Below are positions 11,294 through 17,851 of a DNA stretch of 32,837 nucleotides, in pieces (the stretch's first letter is position 1; each line of letters opens with the position of its first letter). Under the pieces are notes generated by a model, which was not told the origin of the DNA, searched no databases, and saw nothing but the letters and a program-made list of their open reading frames with translations. The stretch is from NCBI GenBank assembly GCA_963803145.1, contig CAWDLW010000033.1, positions 1 to 32,837 on the forward strand, read 5' to 3'. The DNA is from Methanotrichaceae archaeon. Lineage in GTDB: Archaea > Halobacteriota > Methanosarcinia > Methanotrichales > Methanotrichaceae. The translations under genes were made by a program, and so were the position numbers.

Positions 11294-11350
11294 ACGCCGA
11301 GGGTGGGATTCGAACCCACGAGCTCCGAAGGAGCACAGGTTTAGCAAACC
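11294..11350 (-). repeat. att site: 57-bp exact copy of the tRNA-Ser 3' half (matches 26336-26392)
   Basis: ACGCCGAGGGTGGGATTCGAACCCACGAGCTCCGAAGGAGCACAGGTTTAGCAAACC is identical at both positions. Confidence 0.97.
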
Positions 11351-11463
11351 AGATAATAAAGCAAGCTTCGCTTGCTTGATGTGCAGTGGCAGAGTTGCCC
11401 GTTTCTCTCTTTTCTATCTAAGAGGCATGGCTAATAAAATATATAGCTTTTGCGGCTAGCTGG

Positions 11464-11805
11464 TTACAGCCCCGTCGCCCCCGATTTTGCAGCTACAAGC
11501 TGCTCCTGCAACCTGTGGACCGCTCGGTTTGAACATACTATAGACCCCTCGCCAGCAATCATCCCGTGCTTCATCAGACTCCCTATAACCCCGCCAACCA
11601 CCTCTGGGGGCAAACCGCAATCGGCCTGAATAGATTCGATCGTCCGGCAGCCATCCAGAGCGCCTAGGAGCGAGTCGAGGCAACCTACGCTTAATGCAGG
11701 TGCTTCAGTAGGCACTACAACAACTTCGGCAACTTCTACGGGCTGCTCGGTCTGTACTTCATTTACTTCTTCTTTTACTTCGTCTTTTATTTCGTCTTTA
11801 ACCAT
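11464..11805 (-). CDS. Hypothetical protein: acidic N-terminal tail plus probable winged-helix domain
   Basis: 113 aa; GTGGTG RBS-like motif and TTTAAA box upstream; TIESIQADCGLPPEVVGGVIGSLMKHGMI resembles a wHTH. Confidence 0.6.
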   Translation of the reverse strand: MVKDEIKDEVKEEVNEVQTEQPVEVAEVVVVPTEAPALSVGCLDSLLGALDGCRTIESIQADCGLPPEVVGGVIGSLMKHGMIAGEGSIVCSNRAVHRLQEQLVAAKSGATGL

Positions 11806-12139
11806 GGTATACCACCACTTAATATCAAGTCAAAGTCATATTTAAACAATCGCTAACAGGAACGAGAAAAAGACAAGAGCCTGCGGTACTTGGCGATAAA
11901 CAAGAAATCAAGGCAAAGACTGGAAAAGCGTGTTTATCAGACAAGGAAATTTTTCGCGTTTTCTATTATAGGAGGTAGAAGAAAAGTGTTTAGATGTTGT
12001 TATAAAAAAAGAGATAAAAGACGAAGGAAAAAAGAAGAATAATAGAAGAAGTATAGAAAAGAAGGAGAAAAAAGAAGTAACAGAATGCATAGAGAAGAAA
12101 AGAAAGAAATAAGGTCGAAAGGTCGTTCCGGCTGCAATA

Positions 12140-12292
12140 CGGCCGCGCGGCGGCCGAGCTACACACGCATGGTTCCCACAGGGGCAGCTGGGGGGGGGTG
12201 CCTGGCAAGGCTTCATGATTGTCGGGCCTTCGGCCTGGCTGCGGCCATCGCTGCTAGGAAACGCAGCGACGACAATCTGAATGCCTTGCCAG
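12140..12292. other. Large fold-back structure (multibranch stem-loop); ssDNA signal or ncRNA
   Basis: CTGGCAAGGC/GCCTTGCCAG, TTCA/TGAA and GATTGTCG/CGACAATC close three inner hairpins; separate perfect hairpin CGGCCGC-GCG-GCGGCCG at 12140-12156. Confidence 0.7.
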
Positions 12293-12336
12293 CATCGGTT
12301 GTTACTAAAAATTTAAACAAAAATATTAGGAGTTGA

Positions 12337-12771
12337 ATGTACATGAAGACCGTATCGATGTTAGTAACAATCGTAACCTGTATAGCAATGTTGGGAATTC
12401 CTGCACTCGCTGGCAATTGGATGAGTGAAGCACATACAATAGTTGACAGCACACCTTTCATAACTGCAAACCCTGGCGAGACAATCACTGCCAAGATCCT
12501 TGATAGTGAACCAGTTTCCAAGATCTCGAGCAACGGCAACGATATGTTTGTTCTCAATGTAACACAGATCAGTGCAGACGGATCTACAGGACCACAGAAG
12601 AAGCTCTACATTGTTAAGATCATAAAGAATCTGACTAGCCAGTTACTCGCAATCGGCAAGGCTCACGATGGCAATCTGGAGAATGTCATAATTGACCTCA
12701 CATATGGCACCTCAACCAAGGGTCAGACTGTAATCACAAAGATGGTTGAGAATACGACGGCTACAACGTAG
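12337..12771 (+). CDS. Signal-peptide protein with a possible OB-fold/SSB-like domain
   Basis: MKTVSMLVTIVTCIAMLGIPALA signal peptide with AxA cleavage site; beta-rich mature part; AGGAG RBS. Confidence 0.7.
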   Translation: MYMKTVSMLVTIVTCIAMLGIPALAGNWMSEAHTIVDSTPFITANPGETITAKILDSEPVSKISSNGNDMFVLNVTQISADGSTGPQKKLYIVKIIKNLTSQLLAIGKAHDGNLENVIIDLTYGTSTKGQTVITKMVENTTATT

Positions 12772-12815
12772 CTGCAATTTTTTTTCCCGCTCAGGCATTA
12801 AAGGAGGCAGTTACG

Positions 12816-13316
12816 ATGAAAATGATTGTTGAAGTACACTCTCCTGTGACACAACCCGCGCAAGCAGTTGTGGAGATGCTTAAAAGCATTGGCAGAAAGT
12901 TCGATCCTCTCCCCGACGCAGTTCACCTACCAGGGATGGCCTTAGTTCTGTCCTCAAAAAGAGACTGCTATTATGCCACGCTCCCATCCACATGCAGTTG
13001 TCCTGCCCGGACATACCATCCAGAAAAGCCGTGTAAACATATGAAGCAGTTTTTCTCTGAAGCTCAGATCCCCAAAAAGACTCTCCTTGAGGCGATGGCA
13101 GAGGAAGGCTATGAAATGAGCTTTGAGCCAGATCCAAAGTATGATCCCAGAGCAAAGATCGAAGCGGCTAAAGCTAAAATTGAGGTGGTAAAGCAGCAGG
13201 CCAGGGCATACCAGGCCAAACAGAGAGAGCTTAGGAATCTTGCAAAGCTTGGATGTGCTCAGCCAGACGGCGAAGAGATTCTGGTATCTGGCAAATTCAA
13301 GCCCGTCCTGGAGTGA
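12816..13316 (+). CDS. SWIM zinc-finger protein with C-terminal coiled coil
   Basis: CSCP-x8-CKH motif; AGGAGG RBS. Confidence 0.8.
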   Translation: MKMIVEVHSPVTQPAQAVVEMLKSIGRKFDPLPDAVHLPGMALVLSSKRDCYYATLPSTCSCPARTYHPEKPCKHMKQFFSEAQIPKKTLLEAMAEEGYEMSFEPDPKYDPRAKIEAAKAKIEVVKQQARAYQAKQRELRNLAKLGCAQPDGEEILVSGKFKPVLE

Positions 13317-13321
13317 TCCAC

Positions 13322-14149
13322 ATGGCTGACATATACACTAAAGTTACAGCCAGGATCATCCAGGCCATGGAAAAAGGAATAGTGCCCTGGAGAAAGCCTT
13401 GGCGAGCTTCCGGACCAATGAATCTAGCCAGCAAGAGGACGTACAGGGGCGTCAACCTACTTTTACTTTCCATCACTGAGTTCGAGAGCCCGTATTGGTG
13501 TTCATTCAAACAGGCCCGCCGCCTGGGAGGGTCTGTTAAAGCGGGCGAACAGGCACAGACGTTCGTTGTGTTCGCTAAAGAAAGCGTGTACGAGGCGGAG
13601 GACACAGATGGTAATAAAGTGGTAAGGAAAGGTTTCGTACTAAAGTATTCACCTATTTTCAATATCGAACAGACCAGTGGTGTTAAGCTCCCAGAGGAGC
13701 CGCCTATCGAGCACGTGGATGCCGAAGAATACCTAAGGAGAGCTACATGTAAGCCCGACATAAGGTACGGCGGGGATAAAGCCTACTACAGCCCAACCAC
13801 AGACCGCATACAGATGCCCACCCGTACTCAGTTCGTCTCCTCTGGGGGCTTCTACAGCACTCTTTTCCATGAGATAGGCCATTGGACAGGCGGCCCGAAG
13901 AGATTGAACAGAAACTTCGAGACCGTGAAAGAGACTAGGGCTAGGGAGGAGTTAACAGCAGAGATGTTCTCCACGTTTGCTCTCAACAAGGTCGGGCTGG
14001 ATGTGACGGTTGAGAATGAAGCAGCATACATTCGAAGCTGGATTCAACCATTGAAGTCAGACCCTCGAGCATTAATTGCCGCATCTCATGCAGCTGGGGA
14101 AGCAATAGAATACTTCGAACGTGGGAAACTCCCAGGAGATGCAAAGTGA
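13322..14149 (+). CDS. ardC: ArdC-family ssDNA-binding antirestriction protein with zincin-like domain
   Basis: GIVPWRKPW, YRGVNLLLL, SFKQARRLGGSVKAGE, FNIEQT, AYYSPTTDRIQMP, FHEIGHWTG, EELTAE, YIRSW; start taken at MADIY behind GGAGTGA. Confidence 0.92.
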   Translation: MADIYTKVTARIIQAMEKGIVPWRKPWRASGPMNLASKRTYRGVNLLLLSITEFESPYWCSFKQARRLGGSVKAGEQAQTFVVFAKESVYEAEDTDGNKVVRKGFVLKYSPIFNIEQTSGVKLPEEPPIEHVDAEEYLRRATCKPDIRYGGDKAYYSPTTDRIQMPTRTQFVSSGGFYSTLFHEIGHWTGGPKRLNRNFETVKETRAREELTAEMFSTFALNKVGLDVTVENEAAYIRSWIQPLKSDPRALIAASHAAGEAIEYFERGKLPGDAK

Positions 14150-14346
14150 GATCGGGCACGAGGGGCTCGATCTGGCACCGATAGTGCTTCGCAGACGACG
14201 AACGAACGGCCAGAGGGGATCAAGGTAGCGGTCCTGCGGGACTTCCCTCGCAATTGCAGAAGCTGCTCGGCGCTACCATGATCACCCTCGGCCTACAAAC
14301 TTTGTAGTGAGGCATACCTGAGAAACATGCCTTGGGGCGAGACTCG
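14149..14346. other. Second large fold-back structure immediately downstream of ardC
   Basis: Long interrupted stem GGCC-GAGGG-GATCA-GGTAGCG / CGCTACC-TGATC-CCCTC-GGCC (14208-14293) with two inner hairpins, plus flanking hairpins at 14149-14173, 14293-14307 and 14310-14332. Confidence 0.7.
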
Positions 14347-14554
14347 GCGTACGATAGAAATGAGCTGTATATTTGCCAAATAATCTTAAATATTTAATAA
14401 CAACAAAATCGCAATGTTTATATGGTCGTATCCAAATGATCGCAAAAGGAGGGTTAATACTAAAAAGGAGCATCGAAATTGTCAGGCATGCAAGATTTGG
14501 TTAATATTATTGGAATATACTTTGACTAGAATTCTGATCACGGAGGGGAATATT

Positions 14555-15340
14555 ATGAGGTTTAGTTTTGCATTCATTTTGGTAATTTTGGTATTGCTAT
14601 GCGTACCAGCATTCGGGCAAACCGCTGATGACTGGTATGATAAAGCGGCTAAAGCCTATAACATGGGTTCATACGATTTGGCCATCAAATATTTTGATAA
14701 GGTTCTGGAGCTAAGACCTTCAGATACAGATGCGTTAACCTACAAAGGCAACATTCTCAATCATCAAGGCATGTACGACGAAGCAATTCAAGCCTATGAT
14801 AGCGCTATTGAAATTAATCCGCAAGATGAATCCGCACAGTTTGGTAAAGGAGTCGCTCTTTCCAATTTGGGCAAGTACAATGTATCAGTCGAATCTTTCA
14901 ATAATGCCATTACGATCAATCCACAGGATGCGGATGCTTGGTATAACAAAGGTATTGCCCTAAATGAAATGGGCAAGTATAATGAGGCCATACAAGCTTT
15001 TGACAACGCTATTACGATTAATCCGCAATTTGCTAGTGCTTGGTATAACAAAGGCGTCATTCTAAAGAAACTGGGCAAATACAATGAGGCAATTGAAGCA
15101 TATGATAACGCAATTGCGATCAATCCCCAAGATTCAAGTGCTTGGTTTGGTAAAGGCAATGCGCTCAGTGATATAAGCAAGTTTGAGGATGCCATTCAGG
15201 CATATGATAATGCCATCAATATTGATCCACAGTTCAAAAACGCCTGGAACAACAAAGGCATTGCACTAAAAGCAATAAATCGAAACAGTGAAGCAGAGGA
15301 AGCCTTCTCCAAGGCTGGAGGGGCCAAGTACACTAGTTAA
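14555..15340 (+). CDS. Secreted TPR-repeat protein
   Basis: Signal peptide MRFSFAFILVILVLLCVPAFG behind GGAGG; ~7 TPRs. Confidence 0.9.
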   Translation: MRFSFAFILVILVLLCVPAFGQTADDWYDKAAKAYNMGSYDLAIKYFDKVLELRPSDTDALTYKGNILNHQGMYDEAIQAYDSAIEINPQDESAQFGKGVALSNLGKYNVSVESFNNAITINPQDADAWYNKGIALNEMGKYNEAIQAFDNAITINPQFASAWYNKGVILKKLGKYNEAIEAYDNAIAINPQDSSAWFGKGNALSDISKFEDAIQAYDNAINIDPQFKNAWNNKGIALKAINRNSEAEEAFSKAGGAKYTS

Positions 15341-15368
15341 TTAAAGAACCAATTAAGGAGGGAAACTG

Positions 15369-16067
15369 TTGAAAATATATTTATTCATCGTTTTGATATC
15401 ATTCGCTGTGCTGTGCGGAATTGTATTCGGACAGACTACGGCACGCGATTGGTGTGAAAAGGGCCGTATACTTTACGAACAGGGCAATTATAGCGAATCT
15501 ATTCAGGCTTTTGATAAGTCTATTGAGCTAAATGGTACCGATTCTCAATTCGCTTGTTATTTCAAGGGAATGGCTCTTGCTGAACAAAGCAAATATGATG
15601 AGGCTATTAAGGCATTAGATAAATCCACTGAACTACGGCCGAGTGATGAAGGAACTTGGATTCTGAAGGGCCAAACTTTGCTCTATCTTGGCGATCTATA
15701 TGATAATATAGGCATGTACAATGAAGCGCTTAAAACCTTCGATAAGGTTATAGAAATAAATTCAAAGTCGCACGACGCGTGGTATTTGAAGGGTCTCACT
15801 TTACACATTCTAGGTAAGTACACTGATGCTATTCAAGCATATGATACGGCTATTCAACTCGCACCTAACGATTCGCACGGATGGTATCAAAAGGGTTATG
15901 CCCTTTCTGATCTTGGCAAATATAACGAGTCCATCAACGCTTTCGATCAAGCCATTAAGATTAATCCACAAAACACACTAGCGTGGATTGGTAAGGGTAA
16001 TTCTCTTGAAGCGCTCGGGAGAAACGCCGAGGCAGCAGCGGCTTTCACCCACTCAAAGAAATCATAA
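15369..16067 (+). CDS. Secreted TPR-repeat protein
   Basis: TTG start behind AAGGAGG; signal peptide; ~6 TPRs. Confidence 0.88.
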   Translation: MKIYLFIVLISFAVLCGIVFGQTTARDWCEKGRILYEQGNYSESIQAFDKSIELNGTDSQFACYFKGMALAEQSKYDEAIKALDKSTELRPSDEGTWILKGQTLLYLGDLYDNIGMYNEALKTFDKVIEINSKSHDAWYLKGLTLHILGKYTDAIQAYDTAIQLAPNDSHGWYQKGYALSDLGKYNESINAFDQAIKINPQNTLAWIGKGNSLEALGRNAEAAAAFTHSKKS

Positions 16068-16086
16068 CACGCAAGGGTGAAGTAGA

Positions 16087-16887
16087 ATGTCTAAACAAGG
16101 CTCATCTAAAAAGAATGTTCGTGAGAGATATGCGAAAACAAAGACAACACTCATTTTATGGCTAATGCTCATGGCATTTTTTATATCAGCTTCAGGGCAG
16201 CAAACTGCCGAAGAATGGCTCAACGAAGGTCTTGCCCTCTACAACCAGAGCAGATACGATGAAGCCCTACAGGCATATGATAAGGCAATAGAGATCGATC
16301 CACAATGCGCTGAAGCGTGGTTTAATAAAGGCAATGCCCTCGATAAACAAAGTGCGTATGAATCGGCCATCAAAGCTTATGAAAAAGCTATCAAGATAAA
16401 TCCACAATTATCTGCGGCCTGGATCAATAAGGGTCTAACACTTAGGCACCAAAGAAAGGCTCGACCACAGACAGGCACCTTCTTAAGGGATACTGCAGAT
16501 CGAACTTGGTTTGGGGAACTCAATGTAATTAACGATAATCCTAAGTTCGATGCTATTGTTGTGTTGACGAAAACCGATAAGGTGCCGCTCATAGCTGTAT
16601 TTATTCGATCTAAAGAGTCTTATAAAATTAGTGCTATACCGACGGGAACTTATTATATTTACTACAAATTGGGTAATATATTTGATAGTACATCTGACGA
16701 GTTCAAAGAAAAAGGGGGCAATTATCGACTGGCTATGCCTATAGACTACAAGAGCACTGTAACCATGGAATCAAATATACAAAAGATTAGATATCCCGCT
16801 TTGACTATGGCTATAGAAGGTTCAGTGCCCAATGGAAATGTCGCCATGAAGAGGATATCGGTGCCTGAGGAGGAGTTCCCGATTTAA
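16087..16887 (+). CDS. Secreted/membrane TPR protein with C-terminal beta-rich domain
   Basis: Hydrophobic segment, 2-3 TPRs, then GELNVIN...AIPTGTYYIYY beta-sandwich-like region. Confidence 0.85.
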   Translation: MSKQGSSKKNVRERYAKTKTTLILWLMLMAFFISASGQQTAEEWLNEGLALYNQSRYDEALQAYDKAIEIDPQCAEAWFNKGNALDKQSAYESAIKAYEKAIKINPQLSAAWINKGLTLRHQRKARPQTGTFLRDTADRTWFGELNVINDNPKFDAIVVLTKTDKVPLIAVFIRSKESYKISAIPTGTYYIYYKLGNIFDSTSDEFKEKGGNYRLAMPIDYKSTVTMESNIQKIRYPALTMAIEGSVPNGNVAMKRISVPEEEFPI

Positions 16888-16916
16888 ACTTTTATGCTAT
16901 TTGCGCCTTTGACGGC

Positions 16917-17239
16917 CTAGGAAAAACTCCCCCCAAAGCTAGATTCACTAAACGCCGACCCGAAAACGCCTTTAACTTGAGCAGTATAAGTCTTGCTTCT
17001 AAGAATACTCTGACTCTCAGTACCGCCAACACCGCCCTGCCCGTCAACATTAACATCACCAACAAGCGCGTCATCCGAAGAGAAGAACCGGATAGAGGTG
17101 GTGTCGCCGGAGACATTTAAGTCATAGAGATATAGCATTGAGAGACCACGAACAGGAAGGTTTTGATACACTGAGTCAACACGGGGATTGGTGTGCCAGA
17201 ATAGCGTGGGGAGAAGAATTTCGTTATCATCGGCCGGGA
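16917..17239 (-). pseudogene. C-terminal fragment of the large adhesin-like gene split by IS200
   Basis: Frame open from the IS end (PADDNEILLPTLFWHTNPRVDSVYQN...) and joins in frame to ...EDAIDLF after IS removal. Confidence 0.78.
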
Positions 17240-17851
17240 GTCAAACTGCGGCGGCGCACCCGCGCAGCAAGCTGCGGGGCATGCGAGGCGCCGCCGCAAT
17301 AGCCCCGCTTATTCAAATTCAAACAGCTTCATTTGATTATAGCTTTCTTTCTCCTCAATCGATCCTTGCCTTTCAATATAATTTCTTATAATTTCAGCAG
17401 TTATACCCTCACCTACGGTACCAATATAGCCACCATCACTCCAAAACTCTCCACCCCAAAGTTGTTTTCTGATTTCAGGAAAGGCTCTGAAAATTTGCCT
17501 TGCAGTTATACTTTTTATAACTTGCATAACCTTAGATGGCGCATATTTTGGCGCTGATCCAACAAAAACGTGGACATGGTCTCCATCTGTCCCAATAGCA
17601 TCAAATTCAAAACAATATCTTTCACCAATCTCAATACATACATTCTTAAAAAGGTCTATCCTTTCCTGATCGATAAGTAATTTCTTTCTATATTTTACAC
17701 AAAGCACCATATGATATCTGATTCTGTAAACACAATGGCTTGCATGCCGCAATTCCAGCATTAATTCAGATAGCGCCTGCTAGAACTAAATACCTTATTA
17801 ATCCCCTGTTAGTTTGCCATCCCCACAGCAAGCTGTGGGGTATTCGTTAAA
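17240..17851 (-). mobile_element. IS200/IS605-family element, tnpA only
   Basis: Subterminal hairpins CCCCACAGC-AA-GCTGTGGGG (17821-17840) and GCAGC-AA-GCTGC inside an 11-bp inverted repeat (17247-17298); inserted 3' of TTTAT, ends in TGAC, no target duplication. Confidence 0.88.
17309..17761 (-). CDS. tnpA: IS200/IS605 Y1 HUH transposase
   Basis: YHMVLCVKYRK, DHVH (HUH), IKSITAR, LWGGEFWSDGGY, IRNYIERQ. Confidence 0.95.
   Translation of the reverse strand: MLELRHASHCVYRIRYHMVLCVKYRKKLLIDQERIDLFKNVCIEIGERYCFEFDAIGTDGDHVHVFVGSAPKYAPSKVMQVIKSITARQIFRAFPEIRKQLWGGEFWSDGGYIGTVGEGITAEIIRNYIERQGSIEEKESYNQMKLFEFE

Noticed and set aside
11294-11350. Second tRNA-Ser gene
   Set aside because: Only the anticodon arm to 3' end is present; the 5' acceptor strand and D-arm are missing, so it is an att duplicate
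11908-12336. Phe-rich minus-strand ORFs and an 83-aa plus-strand ORF
   Set aside because: Artefacts of the purine tract and GC-rich stems
14310-14332. CTGAG...GAAAC as a hammerhead ribozyme core
   Set aside because: Lacks the CUGANGA consensus and an intervening stem II
17240-17308. TnpB/omegaRNA module at the IS200 right end
   Set aside because: No tnpB or iscB ORF; only ~70 bp lie between the tnpA stop and the element end
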